A stretch of 53,175 nt of DNA, taken from positions 1-53,175 of the IMG/VR virus record IMGVR_UViG_3300032087_001346. One strand, 5' to 3'. Numbering within the stretch: position 1 is the first letter of the stretch; each line of letters starts with the position of its first letter. This document shows positions 1 to 8,165 of this stretch, in pieces. The notes beneath the pieces were generated by a model. The model was not told the DNA's origin. It worked only from the letters and a program-made list of their open reading frames with translations, and made no database searches. A program made the position numbers and the translations under genes. The stretch comes from a virus. Lineage: Duplodnaviria > Caudoviricetes.

Positions 1-104
1 CATAGTCTTATCCTCTCAAAAGTACCTAAAGGGGCATGTTAAGTAGAGAATAATTCCGAGTAGCACAAATGGAATTGCGCTAATTAGAGATATATCCATA
101 TTTA
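1..104. repeat. Direct repeat copy 1 (circular overlap)
   Basis: Identical to 50961-51064 except one mismatch (tcctCtcaaa vs tcctTtcaaa). Confidence 0.95.
16..99 (-). CDS. 27-aa hydrophobic early peptide, copy 1 (not in ORF track)
   Basis: MDISLISAIPFVLLGIILYLTCPFRYF; AAGGA RBS upstream. Confidence 0.6.
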   Translation of the reverse strand: MDISLISAIPFVLLGIILYLTCPFRYF

Positions 105-130
105 TTCCTTTTTGAATGTTAAGCAAGCAC

Positions 131-197
131 AATTTACACATATAAAAAGTGCCACTACCAGCTATGCCAGCAGCGACACTTTTCCTATTTGTAAACC
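131..197 (-). promoter_or_regulatory. Long G-U-rich intergenic hairpin (RNase III-type processing site or terminator)
   Basis: On -: GUUUACA..AAAAGUGUCGCUGCUGG..CUGGUAGUGGCACUUUU..UGUAAAU pairs over more than 20 bp. Confidence 0.5.
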
Positions 198-215
198 GGG
201 ATTGGTGCGGAGGGA

Positions 216-698
216 CTAAGCGGCAATCAGCTTGCTAAATTCCGCCATGCGAGCCACAAAGGCTTGCTTATCGCCCTTAATTTCCCAGCCTTCCTCTTGC
301 GCCTTTTCGATCCGCTTGTTCGCAAGTTCGAGTAATTTTTCCGCGACAAGTAGCTTGTCAAGGTCTATCGTGGGCATTGTTTCTTCGGAAAATTCCCAGA
401 ACGGCACTTCCTCCGCCTTGCCTATGTTTTCTTCCTGCCACGCCTTGCCTTTTTTCTTCGCAAACGCTTGTTTTTCTTCATCCCATTTAAGCGGGGAATG
501 TGAGACAATGTGAAGGATAAGCGCCTTGCGCCGCATTCCTTTAGACACTGCGTTCGCAAGATTAGTCAACGGCGTGTGATTGCCATGCTCCGCCGCGTGG
601 CGCATCGCGGCAATCTCCACTGCATGGATTTTATCCTGCAAGGTTTTGCTGGTACGTTTAATCTCACCGATTTTTCGGTTGATCGTTTTAATGTCCAT
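216..698 (-). CDS. Conserved early phage protein (first early gene)
   Basis: Likely start MDIKT at 698 with AAGGG RBS; HAxEHG...KGxRRxAL...PFW pattern resembles podovirus early proteins. Confidence 0.7.
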   Translation of the reverse strand: MDIKTINRKIGEIKRTSKTLQDKIHAVEIAAMRHAAEHGNHTPLTNLANAVSKGMRRKALILHIVSHSPLKWDEEKQAFAKKKGKAWQEENIGKAEEVPFWEFSEETMPTIDLDKLLVAEKLLELANKRIEKAQEEGWEIKGDKQAFVARMAEFSKLIAA

Positions 699-734
699 TA
701 TTCTATTCCCTTTCGCTTGGTTTATTTGGTGCAA

Positions 735-1253
735 CACATTGCTGCAATAAACCCTACCCATTATTAAACAGGGTTTATTGCAACACCGCGCGCCGTGTCA
801 TTGGCGCATTGCGGCATTGCCGTTCAAATTAGAATAGCTTACCTACCATTGTCGCGGCGCATAAGCCCCGTCGTCTAAGACAATAGAAGAATAAGCTAGA
901 CTTGATTTAAACGAAGATTTTTTCGGGAATTTCAGCCCTAGCATCTTACTGCTAATCGCATTCAATTTCCGCCCAATGCTAGGCGGGAAAATCTTTTCTA
1001 GTCGATTTTCTAACTAACCGGCGAACCGACCCGCCATGTGCGGTAGGATATCGTTTTCCTTGGCGCTTGCTAACACGCCCTTGTAAGGTTTTGCCCTTCC
1101 TTTCCCGCGCCGGTACATGGGCAGTCTTATGCCTAACCCATGGGCGATCACGCGGCGATCATGACCCGAACCTTGCCTTTTTATCCTTACCATGCATGAG
1201 GCATTGGCAAGCGTGAGGATTTATCCTATCTGTTAGCCTTTCATCATTTCGAT
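735..1253 (-). ncRNA. Candidate long structured ncRNA or 5' leader
   Basis: No ORF of 60 aa or more; more GC-rich than the upstream flank; many nested inverted repeats; starts right after a sigma70 promoter. Confidence 0.5.
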
Positions 1254-1259
1254 GGTGAG

Positions 1260-1288
1260 AGACTATCAAAGGCTGATTAGGCTGTCAA
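1260..1288 (-). promoter_or_regulatory. Sigma70-type early promoter
   Basis: TTGACA-17 nt-TAGTCT on - strand. Confidence 0.75.
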
Positions 1289-1470
1289 AACTTTTTAGGC
1301 TAATTTTATTTTTTTGTTTATGCTCTTTTTGTAATAATATTTCAAAAATATCTAATCTTTTGGATTGTCTTATATATATACAAAAGATATTTTTTATTCT
1401 GCTAGGCTATGCAAAACCCGTGCTAACCTTTGGCGGAATTGTGGGAATTTTTCACGCAAAAGGATATTAA

Positions 1471-1556
1471 ATATAAAGATGCTCTTATATAAGGATATCT
1501 TTATATTCATACCGATATACATATAAAGATTTCTTTATATAAGGATTTCTTTATAT
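1471..1556. repeat. Palindromic repeats of about 16 bp, ATATAA(A/G)GAT...CTTT
   Basis: Four near-identical self-complementary units at 1471-1506 and 1521-1556. Confidence 0.85.
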
Positions 1557-1659
1557 TTAAAAGAGGAAGGAGGGGTGGGGGTATACTCTCTTTGAGCATA
1601 AGGGGGTTTTTGGATGTTCACTTTTTGTTCTAGAAACTGCATTTGCAGTTAAGACAATC

Positions 1660-1750
1660 CAGAACAAACAAGGAACAAACCAAGAACAAAACAGGAGAAT
1701 TTTAAATCGGAAGAACAAAGAGTGAATTTTCGCAGAACAAAACAAGAACA
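1660..1750. repeat. Short GAACAAA repeats
   Basis: About six GAACA(AA) copies in 90 bp. Confidence 0.6.
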
Positions 1751-1811
1751 CCCTACCCAAAAAAAATGACCTGTTTGTATTATATATATATGCCACTGAG
1801 ACATATAGACC

Positions 1812-1883
1812 AAAAATACAAGGCTTGCTAACAATAAAAAATACAGGGTTTGCTAACAGCTAAAAATACAAGGCTTGCTAACA
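1812..1883. repeat. Three iteron-like direct repeats, 25-bp period
   Basis: AAAAATACA(A/G)GG(C/T)TTGCTAACA x3, followed by a very AT-rich tract at about 2000-2120. Confidence 0.9.
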
Positions 1884-2194
1884 ATTAGAATTTTGAAATA
1901 AAAAAAGAGGCATTTCCAATATTAGGAAACACCCCCTTAGTTTATTTTAGCTATTTGCAGTTCTGAAAATTACAACTAAAATTGCGGCTTGTTAAACAAT
2001 ATTATATATATCTATATAGACTTATGTAACAATATTAAAGACTTTATAATTATTATTTTCTTTATTTTATAATAACATTAAAATTATTATTTTAATTATC
2101 TTTTACAATATTTATTTTAATGTTAATGAATGATGTAATGAATGATGTAACGAATGGTGCTAAGACTCTGTTCCGTATTGTCTCTATAGAATAT

Positions 2195-2223
2195 ATTATA
2201 ACAGATAACAATAACCATTTCAA
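2195..2223 (-). promoter_or_regulatory. Sigma70-type promoter pointing into the non-coding repeat region
   Basis: TTGAAA-17 nt-TATAAT on - strand. Confidence 0.55.
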
Positions 2224-2449
2224 GCAACAAAACAACAAATAAAGCAAAAAAATAAAAATAAATTTTTAGTGTTGCATTTATGCAACTGTGCTACTATCAG
2301 AAATATGAAAAAAGACAACTAAGGAATAGCACAGGGTTGTCTTCCTTTAAAGAGGGTGTTAGTATGATGAGGAATAATGTAAATGAATGGTGTAAACGAA
2401 TGGTGTAAACGAATGGTGCAAATAAATAAAATAGTGAGGAGCAAAAAAC

Positions 2450-2623
2450 ATGGCTTGTAAAAACCCTAACTGTAAAAACAAAGAGTATTGTAACTGTAAA
2501 AGCTGTAATGAAAAGTCAGGCAGAAAGACATCCAATGGTATAGTTCAAAATGTAAAAAATGCCTGCTGTAACTGTAATTGTTGTCTTCCTGTTACGCCTC
2601 GCGATACAGTTAAAAAAAGATAA
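2450..2623 (+). CDS. 57-aa cysteine-rich metallothionein-like protein (not in ORF track)
   Basis: MACKNPNCKNKEYCNCKSC...ACCNCNCCLP; 10 Cys; GAGGAG RBS at 2436-2441. Confidence 0.7.
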   Translation: MACKNPNCKNKEYCNCKSCNEKSGRKTSNGIVQNVKNACCNCNCCLPVTPRDTVKKR

Positions 2624-2653
2624 ATAAATGGTGCAAACGAATGGTGCAAACGA

Positions 2654-4261
2654 ATGGTGAATGAAGAAGAAGTAGATAACAATCAAAAGCTGACTGCAAG
2701 ACAAGAAGAGGCATTACAAGAGCAGGAGTTTCGTTATGCTACTTTGCTACAAGTAAGAAACGGTCTAAGAGATTTAGTATCTCTAAAGTGTGAAAAGGAT
2801 TTTCTTACGTTTGTTAGAATGATTGCGCCTACGCTTATTTCTGACTGGCAGATGGGTAAGCACATTGAAGTATTGTCTGATAAGTTACAAAAGGTAGTAG
2901 ATGGAAAAATCAAAAGGTTAATGGTCTTTTTACCTCCACGTAGTAGCAAGTCAGTAATTTGTTCCAAGTTATTTCCTGCATGGTATATAGGTAAAAACCC
3001 TAACCATGAAATACTGACAGTCAGCCACTCGGATCAACTTTCCAGTGACTTTGGTAGATCGGTAAGAGACATAGTAAATACTGAAGAGTTTTCTGATATG
3101 TTTCCCGGTGTAAGTCTAAGACAAGATGCACGAGCGGCAGGTAAGTGGAAGACAAACCTCAATGGTAGTTACTATGCTGCGGGTGTACGATCACAGATTG
3201 CTGGGCGTGGCGCACACGTAGCTATTCTTGATGATGCTATGTCAGAAGAAGATAGTTTTTCTGATGCAGGAAGGAGATACATCAAGGAGTGGTGGCCTTC
3301 AGGCCTTAGAACACGTATTATGCCTAACGGCGCAATTATCATTATTAACACTCGTTATCACTACGATGATTTATGCGGGTGGTTACTTAAGCAACAGGAA
3401 AAGTTTGACGTAGACACAAAGATGCGCTGGGAAGTAATTAGTATTCCCGCGTGGGTAGATGAAAAATCTAGTAGGCTTTTAGGTCTTCCAGAAGGAACAA
3501 GTTACTTTCCTGAATGGAAAAGTGATGAAGTTCTAAGACAGGACGAGATGGAGATACGAGCTACTAACGGGTCTAAGTACTGGGAAAGCCTGTATATGCA
3601 AAACCCTACGCCTGACGAGGGTAGTCTGATTAAAAAGGATTGGATTAATTGGTGGGAGTATAGCGATCCTCCCAGTTGTGATTTTATTCTTCAAACATAT
3701 GATACAGCATTCTCTACCAAGACAACCGCAGACTACTCTGTTATTCAGACATGGGGTGTATTTTATTTTTATGATGACAATCCAGAAACAGGAGAAGAGA
3801 ATGTAGCTTCTAATCTTATTTTGTTAGGAAGTAAGCGAGGAAGATATGAATATCCTGATCTTAGGCGTATAGCACAAGAAGAATACAGAAAGCATAAACC
3901 AGATTTTTGTCTCGTGGAAAAGAAGGCTAGTGGTCAGTCTTTGATACAGGATATGAGACGTAGTGGTTTACCAGTATTGGAATATACTCCTGACAGAGAT
4001 AAAGTAAGCAGAGTTATCTCTGCATCTCCTATGCTTGAGTCAGGAAGAGTATTTTTACCCGATGGAAAAGGTTGGTCAACAGAACTGTATGAAGAGATGA
4101 TAATGTTTCCTTACGGTAGACATGATGACCAAGTAGATGCTATGACTATGGCTATTCACTACGTCAAAGATAGTTGGAGATTAGAACATCCAGATGACCC
4201 TGATTGGGAAGATGATGTAAACCCGCGAAGGCAGAAGCGAGTTGCATACTGGCGAGTTTAA
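2654..4261 (+). CDS. terL: Terminase large subunit
   Basis: PPRSSKS Walker A, AILDD Walker B, DTAF and HDDQVDA nuclease motifs. Confidence 0.97.
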   Translation: MVNEEEVDNNQKLTARQEEALQEQEFRYATLLQVRNGLRDLVSLKCEKDFLTFVRMIAPTLISDWQMGKHIEVLSDKLQKVVDGKIKRLMVFLPPRSSKSVICSKLFPAWYIGKNPNHEILTVSHSDQLSSDFGRSVRDIVNTEEFSDMFPGVSLRQDARAAGKWKTNLNGSYYAAGVRSQIAGRGAHVAILDDAMSEEDSFSDAGRRYIKEWWPSGLRTRIMPNGAIIIINTRYHYDDLCGWLLKQQEKFDVDTKMRWEVISIPAWVDEKSSRLLGLPEGTSYFPEWKSDEVLRQDEMEIRATNGSKYWESLYMQNPTPDEGSLIKKDWINWWEYSDPPSCDFILQTYDTAFSTKTTADYSVIQTWGVFYFYDDNPETGEENVASNLILLGSKRGRYEYPDLRRIAQEEYRKHKPDFCLVEKKASGQSLIQDMRRSGLPVLEYTPDRDKVSRVISASPMLESGRVFLPDGKGWSTELYEEMIMFPYGRHDDQVDAMTMAIHYVKDSWRLEHPDDPDWEDDVNPRRQKRVAYWRV

Positions 4262-4321
4262 CTGTATAATAATTTTTATTATTTTATGGTATAATTAACG
4301 AGTGGTGCGAAGAGCAATTAC

Positions 4322-4759
4322 ATGCCTATACCTTTAGAATTAATTACCATGATAGGATCAGGCTTACTGTCTGGCTTACTATCTATTTGGTCACAAAGTA
4401 TGCAAGCAAAGCAACAGGCTTTTGACAGAGCAATTAAAGGTCTTGCTGCTCAGTCTGAAGCTACTGATCTTGCTCGTCGTTATGAAAACAAAGGATTTCA
4501 AATTACTCGCAGGATTATAGCAATTACTGCAGTTTTTGCTATTATTGTTTGGCCTAAAATACTGGGAGTATTCTGGCCTGATCTGGATGTCTATGTAGGG
4601 TATACTCAGTTTAATCCCGGCTTTCTTTTCCTAGAAGGAAAGGAAGTGGTCGAATGGAAACAACTTAAAGGTTTGGTTATTACTCCTCTTGATACGCATT
4701 TAGTATCTGCTATTGTAGGTTTGTACTTTGGCGCTTCTATTGTTAAGAATGCTCGGTAA
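4322..4759 (+). CDS. Holin-like membrane protein (3 hydrophobic segments)
   Basis: Hydrophobic segments; C-terminal IVGLYFG resembles 3-TM phage holin family. Confidence 0.55.
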   Translation: MPIPLELITMIGSGLLSGLLSIWSQSMQAKQQAFDRAIKGLAAQSEATDLARRYENKGFQITRRIIAITAVFAIIVWPKILGVFWPDLDVYVGYTQFNPGFLFLEGKEVVEWKQLKGLVITPLDTHLVSAIVGLYFGASIVKNAR

Positions 4760-4773
4760 AGTAAATAGCACTT

Positions 4774-4935
4774 ATGGCAGAATTTAGTTTTAAAAAAGGA
4801 ATAGACTACTCGTTGGTAAAACCGCTAAGAAAAGATTTTGATTCATGGGATAATTATTTTAAAAATTTAAATAGTTATCTTATCTTGAAGTACAAGGACA
4901 CATACAGTAAGGGCAATATAAAACATGGCAACTGA
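4774..4935 (+). CDS. 53-aa hypothetical protein (not in ORF track)
   Basis: MAEFSFKKGIDYSLVKP...; fills the gap before the portal gene. Confidence 0.5.
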   Translation: MAEFSFKKGIDYSLVKPLRKDFDSWDNYFKNLNSYLILKYKDTYSKGNIKHGN

Positions 4936-7453
4936 ACGCAATCCATTTGATCCTATTCCAGAAATGCATGTTACAAAGATTGAAATAGAAACAGAGCAGG
5001 AAGATACGGATCAAGAAGCTACTATTGAATACGATGAGTCAGACGGTGGTGTAGTAGTAGAGTTTAAAAATTCTCCTGAAGAATTTCTGTCTGAAGAACA
5101 AATAGAAGAAACAGACGAAGAGTTTTATCGTAACCTCGCTGACGACATTGATGATGATGTACTGGAAGACATTGCACAAGATGTATATGATAACTTTGTA
5201 GCAGACAAAGATAGTCGCGCTGAATGGGAAAGTATGTTTGAGCGTGGCTTTGATCTTTTAGGTCTAAAGCTGGAAGAAGCATCAGAGCCATTTGAAGGTG
5301 CTTGCACGGCAGTACATCCTATTTTAATTGAGTCTGCAGTTAAGTTTCAATCCAAAGCAACTCAGGAATTATTCCCTGCCAGCGGACCAGTCAAGTCTCA
5401 GATTATTGGTGATGTGTCAGAAGAAAAAGAAAAACAGGCACAGCGTGTTCAACAGTTTATGAACTACCAAGTAACTGATCAGATGACAGAATACTTCGAT
5501 GAGTTTGAACGTATGCTGTTTCATCTTCCTCTCATTGGTTCAGCCTTTAAAAAGATTTACTTTGACTCAGGACTGAATCGTCCTGTTTCAGAGTTTGTTC
5601 CTATTGACCAGTTTTATGTGTCTTACTATGCTACTGACCTACGTAGGGCAGACCGATACACTCATGTTATTTATCGTTCACCAGTTGAAATGCGTCGAGA
5701 CATTGCAGCAGGAATGTATGCAGATGTAGAACTTCCTAAAGCATCTGTTCCTGAATCAACACCAATGTCACAAAAGATGGATACTATTATGGGTCTATCT
5801 CCTTCCAGTGATAATGATCCACAGTATGTTCTTCTTGAACAGCACTGCTACTTGGACCTAGAAGGTTATGAAGATGACGATGGATTGGCTCTGCCCTACA
5901 TCGTAACTATCGAAGAAAAAAGTCGTCAGATTTTGTCTATTCGTAGAAACTACGATAAGGAAGACAGGCGCAGAGAAAAGAAAGTATTCTTTACTCACTA
6001 TCGTTTTGTACCGGGCTTTGGTTTTTATGGTCTAGGTTTAATTCACTTCCTTGGTAATCTTACCATGACTGCAACTGCAGCTATGCGTAGTCTTGTAGAT
6101 GCTGGTCAGTTTGCTAATCTACCGGGTGGATTTAAAGCAAAGGGTATGCGTATTGTAGGAGATAATGATCCTATTGCTCCGGGTGAGTTTAAGGAAGTAG
6201 AAGCAACTGGTAATGATCTTTCAAAGATGATTATCAATCTACCCTATAAAGAACCATCACAAACACTTCTACAGATGCTTACGTTTATTACTGGCACAGC
6301 ACAGAAGTTTGCCGACACAACAGAGCAGGTTGTGGCTGAAGGTGTAAACTATGGGCCTGTCGGAACAACAATGGCGCTGTTAGAAGCAAGCAGCAAATTC
6401 TTTAGTGCAATTCACAAACGTCTGCACAAGTCTCAGAAAGATGAGTTTAAACTTTTAGGACGAATTAACTACGAGTATCTTCCTGATGAATCAATGTGTG
6501 ACATTCCAAATGGAACACTAAAGATTTATCGTAGTGACTTTGATGGCAGGATTGATATTATTCCTGTTTCTGATCCAAACATTCCTTCATCTGCTCACCG
6601 CATGATGATGGCACAGCTTGCACTACAGCTTGCTCAGTCTTCACCACCGGGAATGTTTGATATTGAAGAATTAAATAAAACAATCCTTAATGCAGCAAAT
6701 ATTCCTAATCTTGATAAGATTATGCCAAGCAAGCCAAAACCTGTTCCGCTTGATCCTGTCAGTGATATTGCTGCTTCAGTTAAGGGTATGCCAATTAAAG
6801 CATTTCCCGGTCAAAACCATGATGCTCACATTCAGGTTAAGACTATGTACCTACAAGACCCTGCTAATGGTGCTAATCCGTTAATGCAACGTATTGCTCC
6901 AATTTTAGAAGCAAACATGCAGGAACATTTAATGCTGAAATATCAGGAACAAATTACTGGTATTACAGAAAACATTGTTACTGCATATGGCGATCAAGCA
7001 GAACAGCAGGGCATTAATCCCAACGATCCTCAAATTATTGAAGCGGTTATGGCTACAGCCGCACAGCAAGTTATGCAAGCAAATCAAATTGCAGCTATGC
7101 AGCAACAGGCCATGTCTCCTGAAGCGCAGCTTGTTCAGATTGAAGGACAGAAACTTGGCATTGAGCAACAGAAGATTCAGGCACAAGCCGCTAAAGAAGC
7201 AGTTAATGCTGTTAATAAAGAGCGTGAACTTGACCTTAAAGAGTTACAAATTCAGTTGGATATGTTCAAAGAAGGTGCTAACATTACTGCTAAAGCAGAA
7301 GATTCAGAACGTGATAGAGAATCTAAGAAGGCTATTGCGGCTATGGAGGCACTGCTTGAGTTGGCAGACACTGAAGCAAACATTGATCGAGACAAAACTC
7401 TTAAAGCTGCAGACATGTTGAGTAAGTTTGTTTCTGAACGTAATAAAGGATAA
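4925..7453 (+). CDS. Portal protein (P22-like, long helical C-terminus)
   Basis: 842 aa after TerL; PFEGAC..HP and FVPGFGFYGLG motifs; Gln-rich coiled-coil tail. Confidence 0.92.
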   Translation: MATERNPFDPIPEMHVTKIEIETEQEDTDQEATIEYDESDGGVVVEFKNSPEEFLSEEQIEETDEEFYRNLADDIDDDVLEDIAQDVYDNFVADKDSRAEWESMFERGFDLLGLKLEEASEPFEGACTAVHPILIESAVKFQSKATQELFPASGPVKSQIIGDVSEEKEKQAQRVQQFMNYQVTDQMTEYFDEFERMLFHLPLIGSAFKKIYFDSGLNRPVSEFVPIDQFYVSYYATDLRRADRYTHVIYRSPVEMRRDIAAGMYADVELPKASVPESTPMSQKMDTIMGLSPSSDNDPQYVLLEQHCYLDLEGYEDDDGLALPYIVTIEEKSRQILSIRRNYDKEDRRREKKVFFTHYRFVPGFGFYGLGLIHFLGNLTMTATAAMRSLVDAGQFANLPGGFKAKGMRIVGDNDPIAPGEFKEVEATGNDLSKMIINLPYKEPSQTLLQMLTFITGTAQKFADTTEQVVAEGVNYGPVGTTMALLEASSKFFSAIHKRLHKSQKDEFKLLGRINYEYLPDESMCDIPNGTLKIYRSDFDGRIDIIPVSDPNIPSSAHRMMMAQLALQLAQSSPPGMFDIEELNKTILNAANIPNLDKIMPSKPKPVPLDPVSDIAASVKGMPIKAFPGQNHDAHIQVKTMYLQDPANGANPLMQRIAPILEANMQEHLMLKYQEQITGITENIVTAYGDQAEQQGINPNDPQIIEAVMATAAQQVMQANQIAAMQQQAMSPEAQLVQIEGQKLGIEQQKIQAQAAKEAVNAVNKERELDLKELQIQLDMFKEGANITAKAEDSERDRESKKAIAAMEALLELADTEANIDRDKTLKAADMLSKFVSERNKG

Positions 7454-7455
7454 CA

Positions 7456-7647
7456 ATGGAATTTTGGGACGAATTAAATTTAAAGTATGATGAAAAATTA
7501 GAAGAAACAAAAAAATCTCTTGCGTATGGCAATGCTTCTAGTTACGATGAATATCGTCAAGCAGTAGGTCTTATTGAAGGAATTGAATGGGCAAAGGACT
7601 TACTGAAACATATAGTAAAACATCGTATCTATGAAGAAGAGGATTAA
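7456..7647 (+). CDS. Small conserved head-module protein
   Basis: LAYG..SYDEYR..VG pattern; RBS; sits between portal and GroES. Confidence 0.75.
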   Translation: MEFWDELNLKYDEKLEETKKSLAYGNASSYDEYRQAVGLIEGIEWAKDLLKHIVKHRIYEEED

Positions 7648-8067
7648 ATGCAAGCAGTACCTATGGAAAAGTCTATTAATAATTCAGACTGGGCAAATGA
7701 AGACACACAGTTAATTGATGTAAATGATTTGCCTGAACTTCCCGGTTATCACGTTTTAGTACAGCCGGTGCATGTAAAAGAAAAAACAAAGGGTGGAATT
7801 ATTATTCCTGAAAAGACACAGGAAGATATTTCTTATCTTACTACAGTTGGTAAGGTCTTAAAGCTAGGTGATCTGGCTTATCAAGACAAAGAAAAATTCC
7901 CATTAGGAAAGTGGTGTTCAGAAGGTGACTATGTTTCCTACGGAAAGTTTAATGGTCAAAAGATGGTTTACAAAGGAGTAAAGCTGCTTCTTTTATTTGA
8001 TGACCAGATTATTATGAAAGTACAAAGTCCAGAAGTATTAGACCCGACTTTTAATCTTTCAAACTAA
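7648..8067 (+). CDS. groES: Co-chaperonin GroES/Cpn10-like
   Basis: PGYHVLVQP..EKTKGGIIIP..GKVLKLG..GDYV. Confidence 0.9.
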   Translation: MQAVPMEKSINNSDWANEDTQLIDVNDLPELPGYHVLVQPVHVKEKTKGGIIIPEKTQEDISYLTTVGKVLKLGDLAYQDKEKFPLGKWCSEGDYVSYGKFNGQKMVYKGVKLLLLFDDQIIMKVQSPEVLDPTFNLSN

Positions 8068-8105
8068 ATTTGTATATTTTTATTATTTATAATAAAATAT
8101 ATATA

Positions 8106-8139
8106 GGCGAAGGATAAACCTCAATTCGTTAGGTTCGCC
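8106..8139 (+). promoter_or_regulatory. Leader hairpin upstream of the scaffold gene
   Basis: GGCGAA..AACCU..AGGUUCGCC, a GC island after an AT-rich promoter-like tract. Confidence 0.5.
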
Positions 8140-8165
8140 ACTAGCGGGTATGTAAAGGAAAATAA

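Larger units (their letters stand above)
2126..2662. repeat. Three clusters of tandem 11-12-mers GAATG(G/A)TG(T/C)AA(AC)
   Basis: Clusters at about 2126-2160, 2380-2422 and 2627-2662; the last overlaps the TerL start. Confidence 0.85.

Noticed and set aside
1-104. True direct terminal repeat of the virion DNA
   Set aside because: It lies inside the early operon, starts at a gene's start codon and flanks different alleles. An assembly overlap is more likely, with real termini probably in the 1.3-2.4 kb gap.
735-1265. Group I/II intron, tmRNA or tRNA in the structured region
   Set aside because: No interrupted gene, no ordered P7 (GACUA...UAGUC) pair, no domain V, and no T-loop/CCA pattern recognised.
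1252-1834. ORF-track ORFs in the terminal non-coding region
   Set aside because: Low-complexity translations of repeats, with no RBS or recognisable motifs.
1812-2662. CRISPR or mini-array interpretation of the short repeats
   Set aside because: Repeats are tandem or separated by only about 3 bp, with no unique spacers of about 30 bp and no cas operon.
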